From positions 14,625 through 78,624 of the forward strand of contig CAZQAW010000001.1 of the NCBI GenBank assembly GCA_964591445.1: a stretch of DNA of 64,000 nt, written 5' to 3'. Shown one piece after another: positions 1-8,513 of this stretch. The stretch is from an uncultured Candidatus Saccharibacteria bacterium. Its GTDB lineage: Bacteria; Patescibacteriota; Minisyncoccia; Phycocordibacterales; UBA9973. Numbering within the stretch: position 1 is the first letter of the stretch; every line of letters begins with the position of its first letter. Both the position numbers and the translations under genes were made by a program. Under the pieces are notes generated by a model that saw only the letters and a list, made by a program, of their open reading frames with translations, made no database searches and had not been told where the DNA came from.

Positions 1-1605
1 GAAAAAGATTGCCCATATGTTTGAGATTGGTATTGGTTGTCGTCTTTGCCAGCTGTCACTTGGAGTATGCCATTTACTTTGTCTCCTTTTGCAAAATTAC
101 CTTTTGGATTGTTGTCTACTCCGACATACAAAGTAAGACTATCATCTATAAATGAAATGTTATCAGAAAATGCGCCGGCGACGTTGCCATAGGTTGTGAC
201 TCCATCTTCCGGACAGCCAGTGTAGTCAACAGTATACGAAACAGTCTGTGTTCCACCCGGTACTATATGAGCGATGTCGCCAGAAACCGTATCCCATGTA
301 ATCGTATTTCCAGAAAGCAAACCTCCACCAAGCGGCGTAATGCGCGATGCCGGAGTACCAACACCACAAACGTTCTGCAAGTTTGTCATGATGTTGGTGA
401 GATTGTCGGTAATCGTCGGATTGAAAATAGTTTCGCGGCCAGTTCCGACAAAGCTGTTTGAAAGTGTGACAGTGTACGTAACGATCGGCGTATATCCGGC
501 AGCATTTACGACATAATGTTTATCGCCAATAAGCGCTGTTCCGGAAACATTCTTTTCAATAGTTGGGTCTGGTGTCGAAGTGATCTGCGTTATGTATTGC
601 TGCACGCCGGCTGTAAATGGATCGAGATCTGACACAGTCGCATTGCCGCGAAGCGAATCTATATGTGCGGAGAAATTAAATTGCATTCCAGATTGCCAAC
701 CGTTGGTTGTTTGGAGCTGCATGTTCAAAGTTCCAGACTGACCGGCCGCGACATTGCCCAAAGACCAATACACGCTTCCCGCCGGAACAGTGATGCCGTT
801 GACTGCAATCGAGCTTGCGGTGTATTGCCCGCCGTTTGACGCAGAGAGAAATGTGAGCGCCGGATTTTGGTTGTACAAATTGTTGTAGTTGTTGATGCCG
901 CTTGCCATGGTTGGAACCGGGATCCACACAACAGTGTTCACATCGTCGACATATGAGATGGAGTAGTTCACATCAACGCCCAAGTTCGCACCAGCAGGAA
1001 CTGATGCCGGAGTTGTCATTGTGATCAAATACCCTGGAAGCGGATTCCATGTCACACGCAAACTGTTGATTGTCGGCGGAGTAACGCCGTTTGTCATGTC
1101 GACGCGGACTTTAATACATGGATACGTCGTTGCAGAAAGCGAACCAATGTTGTACATGCCGCCCGCAAGTGTGAGATTTTGAAATCCAGAAATCGGAGTG
1201 AGATCGCATTCGTACAAACTTACCACGACGTCTGTCGCACCAGAATAGTTTGCATCAAGTTCGACAGTATTCCATTTCGTAAAAGAGTTTGGGCGAATAT
1301 CTGCCGTTGTAAAATAACCAGTCGTTTTGCCGGCCGCGACTTTTGCAACGCCGACGATCGTGTCGATCTCGGTATCTTGGCGGCCAGGATCGCCTTCGGC
1401 AACCACACCTTGCTGGTCATTGTTGAAGTCGACAAGGAAATATCCGCTGTTGTCGTTTTGCACATATGAACCAAGCGCGGTCAACGCTCCTGTAATTTGA
1501 AAAAAGACGAACGCGATCAATACGCCGTTTTGAAGAATTTGTACACCTTGCCTTCCTGTGTTCGTATGAAAAAAGTTTCGAATACGTGAAAATAACGCGT
1601 TCATA
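1..1605 (-). CDS. Large secreted/cell-surface repeat protein, N-terminal part; the CDS runs off the window start.
   Basis: Manual translation of the minus strand from ATG at 1605-1603 gives MNALFSRIRNFFHTNTGRQGVQILQNGVLIAFVFFQITGALTALG..., a signal-peptide/TM-like N-terminus. An uninterrupted reading frame follows to position 1, rich in T/N/G/S/V and beta-strand-like. The ORF track omits it because no stop codon lies in the window. GC content is at the core-gene level. Confidence 0.55.
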
Positions 1606-1761
1606 GATAAAGCCAAACCGCTTAAATGCTAAGCTCCGCACAAAGAAATTCTTAGCTTTATTATACCCCGTTTCCCCGCCTACCTGAAAGGAAATGTGTG
1701 GATAAGAAAAGCCCCCTATTCGAAATAAATCGAGGGGGCTTAGAGTATCATAGACACTATT

Positions 1762-2193
1762 TTACAGGCTAAAAATTATGGTTTCGGACTTAAATTTATT
1801 AGGAAATAAAATATGTTTTCGAAACATCGTTCTAGAAAGAACTTTTTCATCATAACTAGCCACTTCTACTAAAAATCCATTATCGAATTTTTTTTCTTTT
1901 ACAAAAATAAATTTTTGATTTTTAAATAAACCCTTACTTTTTATTTCTTCAATTGTAAAGATATAACCAATGTCTTTAAGAAGAAACATTCCGATTAAAC
2001 CTAAGACAAAAGAGCTGGTGAATAGGCCGGCTGCATACAAAACCTGCTGCTCGTTTATTATAAATTTATTTGATGGATAAATAAAATAATACAAAGTAAG
2101 TAACAGTGCTGCGCAACAAAAACAAAAAAGTTGTCCCATAAGAAAATTAGCAATTTTTCTCTTTTTTTCGAATTTCTGATATTGAGTTGTCAT
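1762..2193 (-). CDS. Hypothetical small membrane protein in an AT-rich segment.
   Basis: 143 aa ORF with two or three hydrophobic segments (LFCFCCAALLLTLYYFIY, FTSSFVLGLIGMFLL). No recognisable motif. Confidence 0.45.
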   Translation of the reverse strand: MTTQYQKFEKKRKIANFLMGQLFCFCCAALLLTLYYFIYPSNKFIINEQQVLYAAGLFTSSFVLGLIGMFLLKDIGYIFTIEEIKSKGLFKNQKFIFVKEKKFDNGFLVEVASYDEKVLSRTMFRKHILFPNKFKSETIIFSL

Positions 2194-2293
2194 AATTAAT
2201 TGTTTTTTGAGTTTAGAAAATTATTTACAGTTATAATATTAAAAAATATTGACAATGTCAACTATGGGTGCTTTTATATAAAATTTACTTCTG

Positions 2294-2365
2294 TGCCCTC
2301 GGTACGAATCGAACGTACATCTATTCCTTAGGACGGAACTGTTCTATCCATTGAACTACGAGGGC
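2294..2365 (-). tRNA. tRNA-Arg (anticodon CCT).
   Basis: The reverse complement reads GCCCTCGTAGTTCAATGGATAGAAC-A-GTTCC-GTCCTAA-GGAAT-AGATG-GTACGTTCGATTCGTAC-CGAGGGC-A. This gives a cloverleaf with a 7/7 acceptor stem, D-arm, T-arm with TTCGATT loop, and a 7-nt anticodon loop gtCCTaa. Confidence 0.8.
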
Positions 2366-2397
2366 GTTTGGTAACTTTAGCACGCTTGGTACGAAGC

Positions 2398-2478
2398 CAA
2401 AAGCCCCAGAAAAAGATTTTGAAAATGGTCTGGCGATTTTACCCGAGGACCTTTTCGAAACTTTTTCTGGGGCTTTTG
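2398..2478. repeat. Long inverted repeat: 18-bp perfect arms caaaagccccagaaaaag / ctttttctggggcttttg separated by about 45 nt.
   Basis: The arms at 2398-2415 and 2461-2478 are exact reverse complements. The repeat lies between tRNA-Arg and the 3' end of the glutaredoxin-like gene. It could be a terminator or a small structured RNA. Confidence 0.45.
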
Positions 2479-2485
2479 TGTAAGT

Positions 2486-2737
2486 CTATATCTTCACGTC
2501 TAAAAGTTCTGCTATTTTTGGTTTGTTGAATCCAACAATCAAATTGTTTCCGATTGTAATTACCGGCACGCCCATCTGTCCGCTGATGTCGATCATCTCT
2601 TCGCGCTTTGCTTGGTCGGCGGCAACGTTAAATTCTTCATACGCAATATTGTGTTCTTGAAAAAATGCTTTTGCCATGCGGCAGTACGTGCACACCGGCG
2701 TCGTATAAATAGCTACCTTTTTTGCGTCATCTTGCAT
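2486..2737 (-). CDS. Glutaredoxin-like / NrdH-like small redox protein.
   Basis: 83 aa with an N-terminal CTYC (CxxC) active site directly after a beta-strand (VAIYTTPVCTYCRMAK). It also has GVPVITIGNNLIVGF, the typical glutaredoxin cis-Pro region. Confidence 0.7.
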   Translation of the reverse strand: MQDDAKKVAIYTTPVCTYCRMAKAFFQEHNIAYEEFNVAADQAKREEMIDISGQMGVPVITIGNNLIVGFNKPKIAELLDVKI

Positions 2738-2787
2738 AAAATAAATATATTACTTGTATGTGTATAGTATAGCACAGCCGTCAAGCG

Positions 2788-3180
2788 TTATTCTGCTTCC
2801 CTCTTACCAAAAAGCTTTTTGAAGAAGTTTGTCAAACTGCTCTTGCCTTTTTCTTCGCCTGTTTTTGCTTCTGGAGTTTCGTCGACAACCACCACAACAC
2901 CTTCGCCTTTTTTCACTACGCCAAATTTCTCGCGGATTACCTGCTCGGTGCCGCGGTCAGTCTCGAGCTCTTTCATGTCGGCTTCCAAGTGCGCTTGCTG
3001 GTCGAGCAGTTTTGCGTTTTCAACTTGCGCACGAACTTTGTTCTCTTTTGTTTCGCTATTTTTACGAATCAAGCCCAAAATATTGTACACAAAAAACAAA
3101 AGAAGAAGCGCCAATATGAGGAGCGCCGGCGTCGTATGGATAAGTCTTCGTTTTGGTTGTGGCTTTTGGAATTCTCGCAT
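2788..3180 (-). CDS. Septum formation initiator (FtsB/DivIC-like) protein.
   Basis: 130 aa with a basic N-terminus, a single TM (ALLILALLLLFFVYNILGL), then a coiled-coil segment (NAKLLDQQAHLEADMKELE) and REKFG. This is the typical FtsB/DivIC architecture. Confidence 0.5.
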   Translation of the reverse strand: MREFQKPQPKRRLIHTTPALLILALLLLFFVYNILGLIRKNSETKENKVRAQVENAKLLDQQAHLEADMKELETDRGTEQVIREKFGVVKKGEGVVVVVDETPEAKTGEEKGKSSLTNFFKKLFGKREAE

Positions 3181-3337
3181 AATCGTGGTACTATGGGTGC
3201 ACTACCAATAGTATACAACATATATGTTTCTCAACCCTAAACACAAAAACAAAGTCAAAATCGTCTGGGCGGTCATCTCCGTCCTCATCATGATTTCTAT
3301 GGTACTTCTCTATATGCCGGGGCTGTTTCAGTAATAC

Positions 3338-3751
3338 CTAGCGACCAAATAATATCACACGTACTAATCCAAAAAGTTGGTCATTATCAAGATCTTTGGT
3401 TTTTTCTACAGACACAGCAAGAACATCAAGAGAGATGTGTTTTGTGCTTATGACAAGCCCGTATATTTCACAAAAAATTTGAAGCCATAGAACTGCCATT
3501 CGCTTATTCCCATCCACAAACGGGTGATCTTTTATAATGAGACAGAAAAATGCTGCCGCTTGTTTTTCTAAAGTAGGAAATCGAGAAAAGCCAAAATAGT
3601 TTGCGTATACTGTTTTAACTATCACGTCTATTTTATCGGCGTGCTCATCTTGCAACTCAAAAAATACTTCCCCTCTTTGCAGAAGAAGATTATAAGCTTC
3701 GCACAATATTTTTGAGGCTGGCTGGAGTGATTGTTTTTTCTCCTCGGTCAT
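3338..3751 (-). CDS. doc: Doc (death-on-curing) / Fic-family toxin.
   Basis: Contains HPFVDGNKRMA, matching the Doc motif HxFx(D/N)(A/G)NKR. The protein is 137 aa and helix-rich, a size typical of Doc. Confidence 0.75.
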   Translation of the reverse strand: MTEEKKQSLQPASKILCEAYNLLLQRGEVFFELQDEHADKIDVIVKTVYANYFGFSRFPTLEKQAAAFFCLIIKDHPFVDGNKRMAVLWLQIFCEIYGLVISTKHISLDVLAVSVEKTKDLDNDQLFGLVRVILFGR

Positions 3752-3869
3752 ATTTTCTTAAAGATTCAATTTCTTTTTCTCTTGTTTTATAGGCAGCAGA
3801 AATAACATCCGGGGAGACATTCGGAAGTTTGTCATTGTTTTTATTGAAAAAAGCAAGGATTTTCTTCAT
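3690..3869 (-). CDS. Candidate small antitoxin-like ORF upstream of and overlapping doc.
   Basis: Manual translation gives MKKILAFFNKNNDKLPNVSPDVISAAYKTREKEIESLRKYDRGEKTITPASLKNIVRSL (59 aa). It is on the same strand as doc, immediately 5' of it, and overlaps the annotated doc start by about 60 nt. It was missed by the 60-aa ORF cut-off. Confidence 0.35.
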   Translation of the reverse strand: MKKILAFFNKNNDKLPNVSPDVISAAYKTREKEIESLRKYDRGEKTITPASLKNIVRSL

Positions 3870-3915
3870 ATATACTCATTATACCAGTTATATTACAACC
3901 AAACAACCTAGACAT

Positions 3916-5733
3916 TTAATCCCCGCTCCGCATCATCTTCAAGAAAACTTCTTGTGGAATGTTTACGTTGCCGCGGCCGCGCTCTTTCATGCGCTCTTTT
4001 CCTTTTTTCTGCTTTTCAAGCAATTTCTTTTTTCGAGAAATATCTCCACCTCCCACAACTTTAGAGCCGTGCATCAACACATCTTTTCGAAATGCAGAAA
4101 GTGTTCGAGAAGAAAGGATTCTTCCGGAAGCAAACCCTTGGATTTTTGTAGAGAATTGTTGTCGTGGCAAAATGCTGTGAAGTTTTTCGACAGCTTGTTC
4201 AGCTTCATCGTAAGCTTTTCGTTTTGAAACAACGCGCGTAAACGCAGCCACGATTTCATCTGCAACCAAAATATCAAGACGAGTTACGTCGGCTTTTCTT
4301 AGTTCGCCAATGTTATACGAAATAGACGCAAAGCCGGACGTCGCGCTTTTCAATTCATCAAAAAAGTTGCGCATCATTTCGCGTAACGGCATACGGATTT
4401 CCATTTCGCTTCGGTCGTCTCCAAAGTTTTCAGTCTTACCAACTTCCGCTTCATGATCAAAAAGCATTTGCATGACATTGCCCAAATACGCAACCGGCGT
4501 GATAAGCGTAATGTTTACCCAAGGTTCTTCGATGCCGATTATTTCTCCATCGTTTGGAAACAAGTGCGGAGAATAAATCGTTTCGCGTTTTCCATTTTTT
4601 AAAGTCACGTAGTACGTGATCGACGGACTTGTTACCACAAGCTCCAAATCAAATTCACGTTTCAATCGTTCGGTAATAATTTCCAAATGAAGCATTCCCA
4701 GAAATCCGCATCGATATCCGCGACCAAGCGCGCCCGAAGTTTCTTCTTCAAATGAAAAAGCAGAATCAGAAAGTTTAAGTCGTCCAAGCGCCATGCGAAG
4801 CTGGTTGAAGTCATCTTGCGATTCCGGATAGACAGACGCCCACACCACCGGTTGCGGATTCAAATATCCAGGAAACGCCGGCAATGGATTTTTAAGAAGC
4901 GTGATAGTATCTCCCACAGAAGCGATACCCGGCTTTTTAATTCCAGTTACGATGTAACCAATACTTCCCGCAGTCAATTTTTCTTTCGCGTCTTCTTCCG
5001 GAGAAAATGTTCCGACTTCAAGCGAAATAAATTTTTCATCTGCGATTTTAAAAAGCATATTCTCGCCTTTTCGTGCCGCGCCGTCAAGCACGCGCACGTA
5101 CACAATCACACCTTTGTGGTCAGAATATTTAAAATCAAACACGAGCGCTCGCAAATCATTTCCACCAGAAAATTCCATAGTTGGTGGTGGCACGCGACGG
5201 ATCACTTCGTGTAAAAGTTCTTCCACGCCTTGCCCCGTTTTTCCAGACACTTCCAAGATATCATCCAAATCGCAATCAAGTAGTTTTGCAACTTCAAACT
5301 TTACTTCATCGATTCGCGCCAAAGGCGAATCAACTTTTGAAAGAACTGGGATAATTTTCAAACCAGATTCGCGTGCCATGCTGAGCGTCGTCAAAGTTTG
5401 CGCTTGCACACCTTGCGTACAGTCGACAAGCAAAATAGAACCTTCGACAGCTTTCAATGCTCGAGAAACTTCGTACGAAAAGTCGATATGGCCCGGAGTA
5501 TCGATCAAGTTGAGCTCAAAAGTTTCCCCTTCGTGCAGAAATTCCATTCGCACTGGCTGCATTTTGATAGTGATTCCCCGCTCGCGTTCAAGCTCCATGG
5601 AGTCAAGCACCTGGTCCTTCATCTTTCGCTTTTCGATTGTGTGTGTAACTTCAAGCATTCGGTCAGCCAAAGTAGACTTCCCGTGGTCAATGTGGGCAAT
5701 AATGCTAAAGTTGCGGATATGTCGTAGTTCCAT
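3916..5733 (-). CDS. lepA: Elongation factor 4 (LepA).
   Basis: IRNFSIIAHIDHGKSTLADR (G1), DTPGHIDF (G3), and the LepA-specific C-terminal domain (...GDISRKKKLLEKQKKGKERMK...). The likely start is the Met of MELRHIRNF. Confidence 0.95.
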   Translation of the reverse strand: MELRHIRNFSIIAHIDHGKSTLADRMLEVTHTIEKRKMKDQVLDSMELERERGITIKMQPVRMEFLHEGETFELNLIDTPGHIDFSYEVSRALKAVEGSILLVDCTQGVQAQTLTTLSMARESGLKIIPVLSKVDSPLARIDEVKFEVAKLLDCDLDDILEVSGKTGQGVEELLHEVIRRVPPPTMEFSGGNDLRALVFDFKYSDHKGVIVYVRVLDGAARKGENMLFKIADEKFISLEVGTFSPEEDAKEKLTAGSIGYIVTGIKKPGIASVGDTITLLKNPLPAFPGYLNPQPVVWASVYPESQDDFNQLRMALGRLKLSDSAFSFEEETSGALGRGYRCGFLGMLHLEIITERLKREFDLELVVTSPSITYYVTLKNGKRETIYSPHLFPNDGEIIGIEEPWVNITLITPVAYLGNVMQMLFDHEAEVGKTENFGDDRSEMEIRMPLREMMRNFFDELKSATSGFASISYNIGELRKADVTRLDILVADEIVAAFTRVVSKRKAYDEAEQAVEKLHSILPRQQFSTKIQGFASGRILSSRTLSAFRKDVLMHGSKVVGGGDISRKKKLLEKQKKGKERMKERGRGNVNIPQEVFLKMMRSGD

Positions 5734-5833
5734 AAAGTACTTACACCATAGCACAAATCTGGCTTTATTTCATGCTTTGGTTGACAAGTATAGATAAGTC
5801 ATATACAATTTTTAAAAACTACAACTTAATACT

Positions 5834-6760
5834 ATGAAGATACTGTGCATCCTATTGCTTCTCACTCTGGGTGCAGAAGTATTCTCACAAGAGAGAAAGT
5901 ACATTTACAAAACATCTACAATCACTATTCCTTTAGGGCTTTATACTCGGCTTGAAATTTCTGCAATTACTAAAAAACCATCCATTTATTCTCCCCGATC
6001 TGACAGCAAAGAAACAACTCGAAAAAGTACTCTGACATACACTAAGACGCAAAAGCCAATTTTGTTAGACAGCCTCTCTCTATCTTCGGATTCCTTGTCT
6101 CTTGATTCTATCAATGTGCAAGATTCATTAGGACGTTATCCTAACAAACAAGAAGCAGACTCTGCACTTTTTCATTGGAAATCTGACTTACAGAAAATTG
6201 CTGAATGTATCGAAAGCAAAGTAGATTCTTTGTTAATTGCCGAAACTACGAAAGTTGATATACGAAGAACTATAGAGACAGTCGTACGCCAAGAATCACG
6301 AAATATTCTGTACGTTGGCAAAGACAGCGCGGTATGGCATTTCATGCAACGTTTTGAGAAATCTATCAAGGAAACATACTCAATAACTACTACAACCTCT
6401 CGGACTATTCAAATCATAACGCATGAGTGTGTCGAAATAGAAACAAAGAATAATCAAGACAGCACCCAAGAGATAATGCTCGCTCTGAAAGATAGTACTA
6501 TAGAAGATCCTATTCCAGAGAAAGAGAAGAAAGGTATATTTCGTAAAAAGGGTGTCAAAATTGCATTAGTAGTTGTCGCAGCACCAGTTGCTATCCCGGT
6601 GTTTATAGTGGGGTACCCTATCTATCTTCTTATCGATAAACTTTCAAACCGTTCCAGCAACAGATCATTCACCATTCAGTTCAAAATCAAGAAAGTTGGT
6701 AAAGTTAAAAGAAGTAAGGGCAAAAAACGTTATAAAAACCAGTGTTTTGACAAATTTTAA
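5834..6760 (+). CDS. Hypothetical secreted/membrane-anchored protein.
   Basis: N-terminal signal peptide MKILCILLLLTLGAEVFSQ, a serine-rich repeat (DSLSLSSDSLSLDS), a C-terminal TM (IALVVVAAPVAIPVFIVGYPIYLLI) and a basic tail. AT-rich. Confidence 0.5.
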   Translation: MKILCILLLLTLGAEVFSQERKYIYKTSTITIPLGLYTRLEISAITKKPSIYSPRSDSKETTRKSTLTYTKTQKPILLDSLSLSSDSLSLDSINVQDSLGRYPNKQEADSALFHWKSDLQKIAECIESKVDSLLIAETTKVDIRRTIETVVRQESRNILYVGKDSAVWHFMQRFEKSIKETYSITTTTSRTIQIITHECVEIETKNNQDSTQEIMLALKDSTIEDPIPEKEKKGIFRKKGVKIALVVVAAPVAIPVFIVGYPIYLLIDKLSNRSSNRSFTIQFKIKKVGKVKRSKGKKRYKNQCFDKF

Positions 6761-6791
6761 AAAGGAGTATGATATACTCCTTTTTTTGTTT

Positions 6792-8486
6792 TTAGAGCTC
6801 CTTCTGCGACGGCACAATCACTTTTGCTTTCCAGAATTTGTGCTTGAATGCTTCTTGGACTTCTTTATATTCTTTGTTCTTCAAGAGCCACAGCACGAAG
6901 ATGCCGGCGAAGATTCCCAAAATGCCGGAGATAAATCCTTGCCCTAAAATTCCCCAAAATGTATTGATATCGAAAATATTGTCAAAGACGTCGAGGAATT
7001 TGTACGCGACAAAGCCCATAAAAAATGCTCCGGCAAAGACTTCGAAAAAGGTGCGGGTCAAACAATGTGAAAATTCTTTCAAAAAGTCGCGCTTGAAAAG
7101 GAACCACAAACCAAGGAAGTTGAGTATCGTACCGACGGAATATCCGAGCGGAAGCATGAGAAGCTCGGTGCCGGGCACGTCTTGCACACGGAAAAGCGAC
7201 TCCATAAAGTATCGGAAGAATTCGTGCGTGCGGAACAAATGAAGGAATAAAACTGCGAACCCGATTTCAAGTGCGGTGAAAACGAGGTTGACGACAAGCG
7301 GACGGCGCGTCTTGCCGGCAGCGTAATATCCGCGAACGAATAACACTATCAAACTTTGAGCCAACACCGAAAGTGCAAAGAGCGCAAGCGCCGCCGCGGT
7401 GAGCTTGGTATCATTCCACGAGAAAGCTCCGGAGCCCAAGATCACACGCACGATCTGCGCGCGAAGAACGATGAAAAGGAAAATAACCGGCAATGACCAG
7501 AAAATAATTTGTCTTGAAGCATCGATAATCTGTTTTTTAAAATTGTCTATTTGCCCGGAAGAAAAGGCGTGTGCGAGCATTGGAAACGCCGCGACCGAAT
7601 ACGAAACTCCGATGATGGATATCGGCACCGCTTGCAAATTGTAAGAGAAATTGAAAAGCGAAATGGAACCTTCGCGGATAGTCGAAGCAATGGACACGAT
7701 CGCCGCAATAGCAAAGCTGTTGAGCGAAAGTGCAAGCGTACGCGGAAGTGAAAGCATGAATACTTTTTTAATATGAGAGAAATCAATACGCTTGGTAAAT
7801 GTCGGAGTAAAATGATTGCGAATCAACACTGGAATTTGTATGCACATATGAAGGAGTGCGCCGACTGCAACTCCATATGCCAAGCCAAAAATCCCAAACT
7901 GCGGATACAAAAATACTATTCCAAAAATAATGCCGAGGTTGTAACACACCGGCGCAAGAGCATAGACGAAATATCTTTTGTGAATTTGTGTAATCGTACC
8001 GAATAGATTTGAAAAACCAAGGAGTATCGGAGACAAAAGCATGATGCGGCTCATGCTTATAAGAGACGCTTTATCTGCTGCCGCAAAACCTGGCGCAACG
8101 TACTTTACCAAATGCGGCATAAGAATAAATACAACGAGCGCAACGAAAGTTATGAAGAAGAAAAATGAAGTGAAGATTTCGTTAAAGAAATGTCGCGCAT
8201 GCCCACCGCCTTGTCCGCTGTCGTCTTTGTTCAACTTGTCGATAAAAAATGGAATGAGCACTGTCACCGCAACAAGCGACGCAACAGAATTGAAAATCAA
8301 ATCTGGAATTCGAAACGCGGCATAGTACACATCAAGCGATGCAGACGGCCCGACGAAGTGCGCCAAAGCTCTGTCGCGGAAAAGCCCGAGAACTTGCGAA
8401 AGTAAAGCAAACCCGCCTAGAAGAATGGCGGCCTCGTTGATGCCGCCAAACTCCTTATTGAAGATGGAAAGAAGACGCTTTACCAT
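6792..8486 (-). CDS. murJ: Lipid II flippase MurJ (MviN).
   Basis: The N-terminal region LLGGFALLSQVLGLFRDRALAHFVGPSASLDVYYAAFRIPD is the conserved MurJ signature. There are 14 predicted TM segments across 564 aa. Confidence 0.9.
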   Translation of the reverse strand: MVKRLLSIFNKEFGGINEAAILLGGFALLSQVLGLFRDRALAHFVGPSASLDVYYAAFRIPDLIFNSVASLVAVTVLIPFFIDKLNKDDSGQGGGHARHFFNEIFTSFFFFITFVALVVFILMPHLVKYVAPGFAAADKASLISMSRIMLLSPILLGFSNLFGTITQIHKRYFVYALAPVCYNLGIIFGIVFLYPQFGIFGLAYGVAVGALLHMCIQIPVLIRNHFTPTFTKRIDFSHIKKVFMLSLPRTLALSLNSFAIAAIVSIASTIREGSISLFNFSYNLQAVPISIIGVSYSVAAFPMLAHAFSSGQIDNFKKQIIDASRQIIFWSLPVIFLFIVLRAQIVRVILGSGAFSWNDTKLTAAALALFALSVLAQSLIVLFVRGYYAAGKTRRPLVVNLVFTALEIGFAVLFLHLFRTHEFFRYFMESLFRVQDVPGTELLMLPLGYSVGTILNFLGLWFLFKRDFLKEFSHCLTRTFFEVFAGAFFMGFVAYKFLDVFDNIFDINTFWGILGQGFISGILGIFAGIFVLWLLKNKEYKEVQEAFKHKFWKAKVIVPSQKEL

Positions 8487-8513
8487 AAATACATAGAAAG
8501 TATAACGCTCTTT

